From NCBI GenBank assembly GCA_039208735.1, contig JBCCQY010000122.1:1-27696 (forward strand): DNA of 27,696 bases. The letters run 5' to 3'. The notes beneath the pieces were generated by a model that saw only the letters and a program-made list of their open reading frames with translations, searched no databases and was not told the origin of the DNA. Numbering within the stretch: position 1 is the first letter of the stretch; each line of letters opens with the position of its first letter. A program made the position numbers and the translations under genes. Of the stretch, positions 16,646 to 25,187 are shown piece after piece. Source of the stretch: Myxococcota bacterium. GTDB taxonomy: Bacteria; Myxococcota_A; UBA796; GCA-2862545.

Positions 16646-18460
16646 ATGTTCCGAGTCCTTGGCACTATAAGTTGTATATACATATTAGGATGCAGCGAAC
16701 CGCTAGTGCCCCAGACCCCGACGGAACACGTCGACCTTGAAGCGTTCAAGACGGCGGTGGCGTGGCCCAATCCCACCGTCGACAGCTTTACGAACCTCGT
16801 GAACCGCTACAACGCGGCAGGACTTCATGGAGAGGCGGCGGGGTACTTTGCCGAGCGTGAAGCGGCCACGCGCGGAAGCGAGGCTCACCCTTGGATGCTG
16901 GCCGCTGCGGGACTGTTTGAGGCGCTCGATGCGGGGTCGGTGCCGCTGCTTCGACGGCGCGGTGCGGTGCGCGAGGCGGTGGCGAAGCTTGATGACGCGG
17001 TGGCTGAAGAGACGGGCCTCTCTCGGTACCTGCGCGGCGTGGTGCTCGTGAACCTCCCCTCCAGCTTCGAGGAGACCGAGCGCGGAGTCGAGGATCTGAA
17101 TTGGGTGATTGCGAATCAGGAGTCGTTTCCGCCGGGCATCGTGCGTGCGGCCTGGCGAGAACTGTCCAAGGGCTACACCGCGCTCGGCGATGAGGCTCGC
17201 GCTGCAGATGCGCTCGCCATTTCAGGGCATGCCGCAACGACGCACGAAGGCACCTTCTCGACACCATCCAGCGTTCGGGCACAGGAGGGGTTCCGGTTTG
17301 GGATTCCTCGCGTGCTCGAACTGGGCTCGGGCATCTACCAGGTCGAGTCCCATGACTTTGGCGACATCGGATTCATCGAGACCGATGAAGGCTTCGTAGC
17401 CATCGATGCGGGCACCTTTCCTGAAAATGCGGCCGCCGCCCTCGAGGCAGTGCAGGGCTTCGCCGACGCCCCCGTGCACACCGTCGTGCTGACCCATGGC
17501 CATTGGGACCACATCGGCGGCGTTTCGGCCTTCACCGACGCAGGAGCGACCGTGGTGACCCAGGCCGACTTCGAAGCGTCGGTCGAAGCGATCTCGAGGT
17601 TCGAGCCTCCACCGTTTTCGTGGTTCTTCGGCCAACAGTCCGTGAATCTCGACGTCACGCCTGACGTGGTCATCGGCGAGCTACGATCCCTTGGCACTTC
17701 GCGGCTCATCAACCTCGTCCCCGTTCGAGGCGGAGAGACCGAGGATGCCTTGCTCATCCATGTTCCCGATGCGGGCGTGGTGTTCGTGGGCGATGCGTTC
17801 ATGCCGTTTTTAGGTGCGCCGTTCACCGAGGAGGGCAACCCGGTGGCGCTGCTTGACACCATCGACACGATTGTCAGCCTCGAGCCCACGCGAATCGTGC
17901 ACGGCCACCCGCCCTTGACCGAGCTGTGGACGATCGAGGTGCTGCCCGATCTCCGAAACGCCTTGGCCCAGCTCATCGATGCCACCACAGTGTCCATTGC
18001 GTCGGGTCGCACGTTGGCAGAGTCTCTGCGCGACAACGTCCTTCCGGAGTCGCTCCGCGAAGCGCCCAAGGCCGTTCTGCCCTACATCACGATGCGCGAA
18101 GGCGTCATCAAGCGGCTCTATGACAACAGCACGGGCTACTGGCAGGCCGATCGAGAAGGGCTTGAGACGCTGGCTCTCGAGGACTGGTCGCGAGCCCTTG
18201 ACCTCCTCGGGGGCAATGAACGGTCCTACGTCCGCGCCGTGGAAGCCCTTCTCGAAGGTGGCGAAGGCGCGTTGCCGCTCCGCCTGGCAGACATCGGGCT
18301 CGTGTCTTACCCAGAATCGACGAAGTTAGCGGATCTTCGTAAGCAGGCGTTGCAACGGCTGCGCAGCGTGCACCACGTCTCGAACCCCTTCAAGTTCATC
18401 GTCTACAGCGAGACGGTGGGCGACGAACTCGCTCCATTCATGGCCGCCGAGCCCCTTTAG
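16646..18460 (+). CDS. Lipoprotein metallo-beta-lactamase-fold hydrolase, alkylsulfatase (SdsA1/Pisa1-type)-like, with an N-terminal helical extension
   Basis: ILG-C lipobox. IDAG, THGHWDH, GET, FVGD and VHGH motifs. Helical C-terminus (YDNSTGYW...LLGG) resembles the alkylsulfatase dimerisation domain. GGAGA SD. Confidence 0.8.
   Translation: MFRVLGTISCIYILGCSEPLVPQTPTEHVDLEAFKTAVAWPNPTVDSFTNLVNRYNAAGLHGEAAGYFAEREAATRGSEAHPWMLAAAGLFEALDAGSVPLLRRRGAVREAVAKLDDAVAEETGLSRYLRGVVLVNLPSSFEETERGVEDLNWVIANQESFPPGIVRAAWRELSKGYTALGDEARAADALAISGHAATTHEGTFSTPSSVRAQEGFRFGIPRVLELGSGIYQVESHDFGDIGFIETDEGFVAIDAGTFPENAAAALEAVQGFADAPVHTVVLTHGHWDHIGGVSAFTDAGATVVTQADFEASVEAISRFEPPPFSWFFGQQSVNLDVTPDVVIGELRSLGTSRLINLVPVRGGETEDALLIHVPDAGVVFVGDAFMPFLGAPFTEEGNPVALLDTIDTIVSLEPTRIVHGHPPLTELWTIEVLPDLRNALAQLIDATTVSIASGRTLAESLRDNVLPESLREAPKAVLPYITMREGVIKRLYDNSTGYWQADREGLETLALEDWSRALDLLGGNERSYVRAVEALLEGGEGALPLRLADIGLVSYPESTKLADLRKQALQRLRSVHHVSNPFKFIVYSETVGDELAPFMAAEPL
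16670..16685. promoter_or_regulatory. Candidate MarR operator 2 (AGTTGTATATACATAT) inside the first codons of the hydrolase gene
   Basis: Perfect palindrome TGTATATACA at 16673-16682, a near copy of site 1. Confidence 0.55.
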
Positions 18461-18542
18461 CGCTGCGCCTCGGGAGCTGCGCCATCGTCAATCTCGATCA
18501 TCCGTTGCCGATTCGAGCGGCGCCGATGTGGTTGAGCCCTCA

Positions 18543-19610
18543 TCAACGATAGAGAAACCGACTGCGCAACGGAGAATCGCTCGGTACCCAGCGCTCGAGC
18601 TTCGGCCCCAGAACCACCGGTTGGGTCGCGAGGTCGCTCGGCGTGCGACTGCCGGAAAGCAAGCAGGCTACGCGAAGCTCCTCGATGAGTTCCTCCCCTG
18701 CCGCTTTCACACCGTCGTAGCCACCTTCGTTGTACGCCATCAGAAACGGTCGGGCGAGCCCCCCCAATCGGGCGCCAAGCGCAACGGCGCGGGCCACATC
18801 GAGGCCGTGCTTGACTCCCCCGGTGGCGACCACGTTCAGCCCCAAGCCCGAAAGCTGGGCCACGCTGGCCGCGGTGGGCACGCCCCAATCCCAGAACAGC
18901 TCGCCAAGGCGACGGGTTCGCGCCCGGGCTCGAAGGGTTTCCACCCCGACCCACGATGTCCCGCCGGCACCCGACACATCGACGTTGGCCACCCCAAGAT
19001 CGATCAGTCGCTTCGCGGTTCGTCGCGACAGGCCGCACCCCGTCTCTTTTACGACGACAGGAACGGGGAGTTCCTTGACGTAGCGTTCGATCGTAGGCAG
19101 CCCGTCGGTAAAATCATCGTCGCCCTCGGGCTGGATGACCTCCATCGCCGGATTGAGGTGAATGGCCAGCGCATCGCACCCCACGTCGGCGACCATCGCC
19201 GCGACCTGGCTCGTCGACGCCGCGCGGGCCTGCACGAGCCCCAAGTTGCCCAACACAAGGGCGTTGGGGGCGACTTCGCGCACTTCGTAGCCCGTCTTGA
19301 TGCCCGCCTCGAGCAAAGGTCGCATCGACCCAAACCCAAAGCCCAACCCCAATTCATCCGCCACTTGGGCCAGGGTCTGGTTCACTGCTTCAGCGCGCTC
19401 TGTGCCCCCCGTCATCGCAGCAATCATCACCGGGGCGGACAGTGTCTTGCCGAGGAAGGTCGTGGTGAGATCCACGTCGGCCACCGACATTTCGGGCAGG
19501 GCTTCATGGACGAGCGAGACCTCTTCGAACAACGTGGTCTTGCCCTGGAAGGCCACTTCGTCGGTAGCACAGAGGTCCAGGTGCTCAGCTTTGCGCTGTG
19601 AGATGCTCAT
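18543..19610 (-). CDS. fni: Type 2 (FMN-dependent) isopentenyl-diphosphate delta-isomerase
   Basis: RKAEHL, HEALPE, AMTGG, IHLN..ME.IQPEGD, VKETGCG, DVSGAGGTSW, WGVPT and ATGG. GGAG SD before ATG19610. Confidence 0.96.
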   Translation of the reverse strand: MSISQRKAEHLDLCATDEVAFQGKTTLFEEVSLVHEALPEMSVADVDLTTTFLGKTLSAPVMIAAMTGGTERAEAVNQTLAQVADELGLGFGFGSMRPLLEAGIKTGYEVREVAPNALVLGNLGLVQARAASTSQVAAMVADVGCDALAIHLNPAMEVIQPEGDDDFTDGLPTIERYVKELPVPVVVKETGCGLSRRTAKRLIDLGVANVDVSGAGGTSWVGVETLRARARTRRLGELFWDWGVPTAASVAQLSGLGLNVVATGGVKHGLDVARAVALGARLGGLARPFLMAYNEGGYDGVKAAGEELIEELRVACLLSGSRTPSDLATQPVVLGPKLERWVPSDSPLRSRFLYR

Positions 19611-19680
19611 GGGTTCTCCGAGGAGCAACGCGACAAGACGTCACGAGGCCCGATGAGCACGGCGTATCAATCCCACCGTC

Positions 19681-20538
19681 CTATGCGTCCGCAAAGGGAG
19701 CCACCGCACGGCCTCGCAGATCGTCGAGCGCCCCCCGGTCGTCGACCCCTTCCTGCGCCTTCAGGAACGCATCCAGCTCCTTAGGAACGTCCCCTTCGGC
19801 GAACAGCCGTCGGGCATGGACCGCAGTTCGGCCTGGAAGGGCTTGGATCGCGCGAAGGCAGGGCAGCCGTGGCGGGGGCAACGAGCCGGGCAGCTGGCGT
19901 GCGGCTCCGTAGTACGCGGTTTGAAGCGCAACCCACACCGCTCGTCGACGTCCGAGGTGCCCCACATCAAAGGGCAAAGGGGCAGGCGCGGGCGACGCCA
20001 ACGCTTCAAAGAGTCGCCCAATCCACGCCGCGGGGCCCGCACAGACCTGTTCCTCACCCACCAACCACCGCTCGCGGTCGAGCAGCTCAAAAAAGGCATC
20101 GGCGGTGCCCAAGGCCTCGAGTCGACAATCGGCGACGCCGTCCTCCGACAGCAACATCGCGGTCAGCACCTGTGAAAACCCAAGCGACGTCTTGTAGATG
20201 GCCGACCATCGACGAGGCACCGGAACCCCGGGCTGTGTCCTGGCCCACTCGCCCGGGAGCGCGGTGCCCGCGAGGGCCGTTTGCCACGCCCCCGCGACGG
20301 TTCCCGGTCGCAACGCACACGCGGCCATGGCCGAGACGGTGACAGGGACGTCCCCCCACACCTGCGACAGCTGCCGGAGCGCGCTGCGGTTCATGGGCCG
20401 CCCCCGTCGGGCATCGGCGTAGGGACAAGACCCAACCTCGGTCGGCACCGACGCGTAGGCGGATGACCCGAGTTCTCCTACCGGACGACCATCGACATCG
20501 ATCAGGTCGCTACTGTCATCATGGTCCGGCGTAAGCAC
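19681..20538 (-). CDS. Hypothetical protein inside the mevalonate cluster
   Basis: 285-aa ORF that fills the gap. GTG start 4 nt after the upstream stop. Motif-like segments DVDGRPVGE, CPYADARRGRPMN and VCAGP. Confidence 0.65.
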   Translation of the reverse strand: MLTPDHDDSSDLIDVDGRPVGELGSSAYASVPTEVGSCPYADARRGRPMNRSALRQLSQVWGDVPVTVSAMAACALRPGTVAGAWQTALAGTALPGEWARTQPGVPVPRRWSAIYKTSLGFSQVLTAMLLSEDGVADCRLEALGTADAFFELLDRERWLVGEEQVCAGPAAWIGRLFEALASPAPAPLPFDVGHLGRRRAVWVALQTAYYGAARQLPGSLPPPRLPCLRAIQALPGRTAVHARRLFAEGDVPKELDAFLKAQEGVDDRGALDDLRGRAVAPFADA

Positions 20539-20542
20539 CGAA

Positions 20543-21070
20543 TCAGCTGGCCTTCATCCCGAAGCGCACCGTCTCGTCGAACTCGATGAAATGGCCTTGT
20601 GCATCGATGCCCCCCGTGAGTCGAACCGGCAGGTCAGGCACGCCATCAGGCCATTCGAACGACGAGGGGCCGACCTCCAGGGACTGACCCGCGAGCAACT
20701 GGCTGTACTGCGGAATCGGTCCCGCGCGGGTGATGAACTGTCGTCGATCGCCCTCGAAAACGGCGGGCAACTCGAATCGATGGCCATCGATCGTGATGGC
20801 AGCTCCCACGTAAGGTCCCGGTCGGGTGCCTCGCGCCGATACAAACTCGATCGTGCCGCGCCCACGGTTTGTCACGGTGGTGAAGACTTCGAGGCGACGT
20901 CCCTGACGCTGCACCCGAAAGCGCGTGTCGATCTTGGGTGGCCCCGACGGCTCGCGAACGGGCGGAGCCGCTTGGGGAACGTCCAGTTCCGGGATGCCAG
21001 CACGGGCGGTCGAGCTTCCGGTCATCGCAAGAATCATAGAGCCGAAGGTGAATTCGCGGCGACTGGCCAT
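20543..21070 (-). CDS. Hypothetical Tat-exported beta-rich protein
   Basis: GAGGAGG SD. MA-SRREF twin-arginine motif, hydrophobic stretch, ARA cleavage site. Confidence 0.72.
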   Translation of the reverse strand: MASRREFTFGSMILAMTGSSTARAGIPELDVPQAAPPVREPSGPPKIDTRFRVQRQGRRLEVFTTVTNRGRGTIEFVSARGTRPGPYVGAAITIDGHRFELPAVFEGDRRQFITRAGPIPQYSQLLAGQSLEVGPSSFEWPDGVPDLPVRLTGGIDAQGHFIEFDETVRFGMKAS

Positions 21071-21132
21071 GCGGACCTCCTCGGGACGTCGGCGCCCCTC
21101 CCCCTTTCAACGTACGACGAGACGCGGAGCTT

Positions 21133-22020
21133 TCACTCCATCGAAGAATCGAGAAGAGAGCCCGCCGCGCCGTTGGCCGTGGATACCTCGATGGGCAGAA
21201 AGCCCGCCGATCGCGCGGCGCGTTCGTACGCCTCTCGGGCTCCCGGATCGTCGAAGATCGCAACGACAATGTCGCCGCCGCCCGCTCCCGAAGGCTTCGC
21301 AGCTCCTCCGTGGTCGGAGGCGAGCCGAACGAGGTCTTCGATCTGCGGCGTCCAATACGCGATGCCCGCCTGATCAGCCATCGCTCGTAAGGCCTCGGCG
21401 CCAGCTCGGATCGCGTCGATCGGCGTAATCGCAAACGCCTCCACGATGCGCTGGGTTTCATCCACAAAGGCCCGCCGCACCGATTCGTTGAGCGCGAGGT
21501 AGCGCTGAACGCGGGGGCCCGTAGTGGCAGACTGGCCGGAAAAGACCACCGCACACTCCGGTCCGCCCCCCAGTGGCCGTGCTTGACCCTCGGCAAACGA
21601 AAGCCAGCCCCCGTGCGCCGACGCGGCCACGTCGATCCCAGAGCCACTGCCCTGCACCGCGTGGTGAACCGCAAAGGCCGCGGCGAACACTTCGTCAGCG
21701 ACCACGGGGCGACCCGCCTGCCGCGCCGCCGCCACCACCGCGGCAACCGTCGCCGCAGCGGAGCCTCCCAATCCGACCTTCTCGCTCGATTCGACCGGCC
21801 GCCAGTCCGAGAACGTGTAGTGAGCCGCGGGCGCCTCCACCGCTTCAAGGGCTCGCGCTACAAACCGGTCATCCCCGGTTGGCGTCGTCCATTGCACGGT
21901 CGGCGACGCGGTGACCGTGCAGCGCACGCCTCGGTCGACGGCGCGAACGATGGCCTGGGCCCCGTCGACAACTGCGTACTCGCCCAAGATGACCACCTTG
22001 CCCGGCGCATCAACGATCAT
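21133..22020 (-). CDS. Phosphomevalonate kinase (GHMP family)
   Basis: APGKVVILGEYAVVDG, KVGLGGSAA, GSGIDVAAS and KPSGAGGGD. ATG22020 overlaps the end of mvaD. Position in the cluster supports the call. Confidence 0.87.
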   Translation of the reverse strand: MIVDAPGKVVILGEYAVVDGAQAIVRAVDRGVRCTVTASPTVQWTTPTGDDRFVARALEAVEAPAAHYTFSDWRPVESSEKVGLGGSAAATVAAVVAAARQAGRPVVADEVFAAAFAVHHAVQGSGSGIDVAASAHGGWLSFAEGQARPLGGGPECAVVFSGQSATTGPRVQRYLALNESVRRAFVDETQRIVEAFAITPIDAIRAGAEALRAMADQAGIAYWTPQIEDLVRLASDHGGAAKPSGAGGGDIVVAIFDDPGAREAYERAARSAGFLPIEVSTANGAAGSLLDSSME

Positions 22021-22969
22021 CGGCCACCACGTGAGCCCCCTCGCCAGGACCATGCACGTAGACCTCGATCGCATAGGGCCTCAGGGCTTCGGCGACCCGA
22101 TCCGCATCCGCCGCTTCGCAGAGCACCTTGACCTGAGGCCCGGCGTCCATCGTGGCCCACGCGCCAACCCCCTTGGCTCGGAGCCCAAACACGGCGTGCA
22201 ACACCGCGACCGTGGCGGGCTGCCAGTACAGCAACGGAGGCGTGGCCGTCTGCATCGTCGCGTGCATCGCAAACGTCGATTGCTCCATGATCGTGCCGAG
22301 ACGTTCGAGGTCCCGGGCCTCAATGGCCTCAATGGCCCCTTGAACCGCCCCCGGCCCTTGCTCAACCCAGGCGGGCCAAAGGGGCGACGTGGTGCGACTC
22401 CGCTCCATCCCTGCGGTGCTGCCGACGGCCTTGGGACCATCGGCCACCACGGCAACCACCATTCGGACATCCCAATGGATAGGCGATGCAAGTGGGCGCG
22501 CGTGATCGTCGAGTCCATCCGCGCGGTCGCCGAGGTCCCACGCGACGAATCCCCCAAAGATCGACCGACAGGCCGAACCCGACCCCTGCCGCGCAAGCAC
22601 CGAAAGCGAGGTCTCGTCCAGCGTTTGACCGGCCGCCCGAGACGCGGCGAGCGCCAATGCGGCAAACCCCGACGCAGACGAGGCCAACCCCGCCCCGGTG
22701 GGGAAGTTGTTGGTGGTCACGACTTCACAGGGAGGACGATCGGCATCGATTCGGTCCAGAAAGGCCAACGCCCGGGGGTCTGACCGTACTTCCCCGTCAA
22801 ACACGACCCGATCCGACGGTGCCCCCCATGTCACCGTCGTCGTCGTGACGAAGCCATCCAGGGTCAGCGAAACGCTTGGAACGGCCGGTAGGTTCAACGC
22901 AAGGTCGCGTTTGCCCCAGTACTTGACGAGCGCGATGTTGGGGTGCGCGCGTGCCGTCACCTTGCCCAC
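22010..22969 (-). CDS. mvaD: Diphosphomevalonate decarboxylase
   Basis: HPNIALVKYWGKRD, NNFPTGAGLASSASG, GSGSACRS and TMDAGP. Confidence 0.96.
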   Translation of the reverse strand: MGKVTARAHPNIALVKYWGKRDLALNLPAVPSVSLTLDGFVTTTTVTWGAPSDRVVFDGEVRSDPRALAFLDRIDADRPPCEVVTTNNFPTGAGLASSASGFAALALAASRAAGQTLDETSLSVLARQGSGSACRSIFGGFVAWDLGDRADGLDDHARPLASPIHWDVRMVVAVVADGPKAVGSTAGMERSRTTSPLWPAWVEQGPGAVQGAIEAIEARDLERLGTIMEQSTFAMHATMQTATPPLLYWQPATVAVLHAVFGLRAKGVGAWATMDAGPQVKVLCEAADADRVAEALRPYAIEVYVHGPGEGAHVVADDR

Positions 22970-23847
22970 GGTCGACTCCCAAAGGCCTGTACGCCACGTG
23001 CAGCAGCCTTGGCCAACACCGGCGCAGGGTCCTCCACCAACGCAATCACGATGCCGCCCCCTCCCGCTCCCGAGAGCTTCGCGCCATAGGCCCCCGCCTC
23101 CATGGCCAGCGCCACCAGCTCGTCGAGTTCAGGGGTGCTCACACCAATCTCCCGCAAGTGCGCATGATTTTCGGTGAGCAGCTCGCCCAACTGCCGAGGA
23201 TCATGGATGGCGGTTCGCGCTTCTCCAACCAAGGCTCCAATCCGGTCGAGCACAGGGTCGATGCCGGGTCGGCGACCGGCCACCCCCGCCACGAGCTGCT
23301 TGGTGTCGCCAGCGCGCCCCGAATCGAGCACCACCAGGGACCATGGCCCGATGGCCACCGGCTCGCGTTGGGCCCTGACCGTTCCGTCCGGCCCCTCAGT
23401 CCGCTGAAACCACAGGCAACCGCCCTCGCATGACACTGCAACGTCCACCCCAGAGGGGTTGCCGTGGAATTCCCTTTCGAGGGGCATGGCGCGGTCGTAG
23501 GCCTGCTGGGGAGTGAGCGGAGGGCCCTCCGCCACGTCCGACATGGCATGGGCCAACGCAACGGCGAGCGCGGCCGATGAGCCCATCCCTCGACCCACCG
23601 GAAGCGTCGTTGTGATCTGAACCCCGTAGCCTTCGGCTCCGATCACCCGTCCGATTGCGTCCACCACGCGGTCGTCGCCAAGCGGTGAATCGACCGAGGT
23701 CGGGCCCGGGCGGACCGTCACATCCACCATGGTTGTGCGATCGACCGCCAACGCGAGGGCGGGATGGCCATAGACCACCGCGTGCTCTCCACAGAGCAGC
23801 ACCTTGCCGTGGCCCTCACCTCGACCCCTCCGAAGCGAGGCGCTCAC
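22957..23847 (-). CDS. mvk: Mevalonate kinase
   Basis: HGKVLLCGEHAVVYG, PVGRGMGSSAA, HGNPSGVD and KLSGAGGGG. GTGA overlap with the HMG-CoA reductase stop. Confidence 0.94.
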   Translation of the reverse strand: MSASLRRGRGEGHGKVLLCGEHAVVYGHPALALAVDRTTMVDVTVRPGPTSVDSPLGDDRVVDAIGRVIGAEGYGVQITTTLPVGRGMGSSAALAVALAHAMSDVAEGPPLTPQQAYDRAMPLEREFHGNPSGVDVAVSCEGGCLWFQRTEGPDGTVRAQREPVAIGPWSLVVLDSGRAGDTKQLVAGVAGRRPGIDPVLDRIGALVGEARTAIHDPRQLGELLTENHAHLREIGVSTPELDELVALAMEAGAYGAKLSGAGGGGIVIALVEDPAPVLAKAAARGVQAFGSRPWAR

Positions 23848-25127
23848 TTCGCACGAAGCCGTTCGATCACATCCTTGGCGTGATCGACGGAGAAGTCGCG
23901 ATGTCGAACGAGTTCGACCGTCACGTGTCCGACCTCGGCCGGCGTCGCCCCGGCCGTCGCTGCAACCGTTCGCGCGTGCATGCGCATGTGTCCGTGCTGA
24001 ATGCCCTCGGTCGCCAATGCCTTGAGTGCGCCGAGGTTCTGGGCCAGCCCCACGGCAGAGGCGATCGCAGCGAGTTCACCGGCGGTCGTCACCCCAAGCA
24101 GCGCCAGGTTCGCCTGAACCGTAGGATGGACCTTGATTGGACCCCCGACAGTACCAAACTGCATCGGCACCTCGATGGTCCCCACGAGGTGGTCCTCTTC
24201 ATCGAGTTCCCATCGGGTCAGGGGCCGGTATTGGCCGGAACGAGCCGCATAGGCATGCGCCCCCGCTTCGATCGCCCGCCAGTCGTTGCCAGTGGCGATG
24301 GCAACGGCGTCGATCCCGTTCATGATGCCTTTGTTGTGCGTGGTCGCCCGGTAGGGATCCACCCAGGCGAACCGCCACGCGGCGGCAATGTGCTGCGCCA
24401 CTTCAAGACCGTCTGTGGCGGTACGACCGAGGTGTTCTGGCGCCAACCGGACCTTAGCGCGAGAGCAACGTCGGTCAGCGAGGTTGGAGAGGATGCGCAG
24501 CCCCACGCGCTCGCCGGTGACGTCCGCCACGATCGGAGCAAGGTGCTCACACAGCGTGTTCACCATGTTCGCGCCCATGGCGTCGACCACATCGAGGATG
24601 ACATGCAGCACAATCATGTCTTCGGAGTCGCGTCCACGCTCCTCGTAGCGCAAACGCCGCACCTCGAAATCGACAAGGCCGCCACCGCGTTCCTCGAGGC
24701 GAGGGTGGACGCCCTGGGCCTCGTGTCGAAGTCGCGGCAACGCCGCCTCAAGCGCGGCCGCGGCCCGGTCCGCCTCCTGGACCGCGGCGAGTTGGATCTG
24801 ACCGATCATGTGGGAGGGGTCGGAAGACGCCTGGAACCCACCGGACGCCCGAGCCAGCTTCGCCATGTGCGAGACCGCGGCCACGACCGACGGCTCTTCG
24901 ACGACCATCGGCACCAGGCGATCGTGGTCGTTGATGCGGAAGTTGACGGCAACCGCATTGGGGAGGCTGAACGTAGACACCACGTTCTCGACCATAAGGT
25001 CGGCTGCCTCGAGCGATAGCCCACTCCGAAACGCCGCGGCATCGGGAGCATCGGGGGCCACTTCCGTAAGACGGGCGAGTCGCGCGTCGGGGTCGAGCTT
25101 GTAAAAGCCTGGAATTCGAGAACTCAC
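23844..25127 (-). CDS. mvaA: Class II hydroxymethylglutaryl-CoA reductase
   Basis: SRIPGFYKL, ENVV, EEPSVVAA, DAMGANM, THNKGIMNG, GTVGG and EGIQHGHMRMH. AAGGA SD favours GTG25127 over ATG25184. Confidence 0.96.
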   Translation of the reverse strand: MSSRIPGFYKLDPDARLARLTEVAPDAPDAAAFRSGLSLEAADLMVENVVSTFSLPNAVAVNFRINDHDRLVPMVVEEPSVVAAVSHMAKLARASGGFQASSDPSHMIGQIQLAAVQEADRAAAALEAALPRLRHEAQGVHPRLEERGGGLVDFEVRRLRYEERGRDSEDMIVLHVILDVVDAMGANMVNTLCEHLAPIVADVTGERVGLRILSNLADRRCSRAKVRLAPEHLGRTATDGLEVAQHIAAAWRFAWVDPYRATTHNKGIMNGIDAVAIATGNDWRAIEAGAHAYAARSGQYRPLTRWELDEEDHLVGTIEVPMQFGTVGGPIKVHPTVQANLALLGVTTAGELAAIASAVGLAQNLGALKALATEGIQHGHMRMHARTVAATAGATPAEVGHVTVELVRHRDFSVDHAKDVIERLRAK

Positions 25128-25187
25128 CGCGGTCCTTCGGGGTCGGTCGTGGTCAGGCGTATCGATTGTGGGGCCGCGATGCACGGG

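Noticed and set aside
661..25019. Long antisense or alternate-frame ORFs (e.g. 661-1743, 2885-4048, 13675-14925, 18528-19601, 20646-21848, 23655-25019)
   Set aside because: They are shadows of real genes expected from high-GC codon bias, with Arg/His/Gly-rich composition and no motifs.
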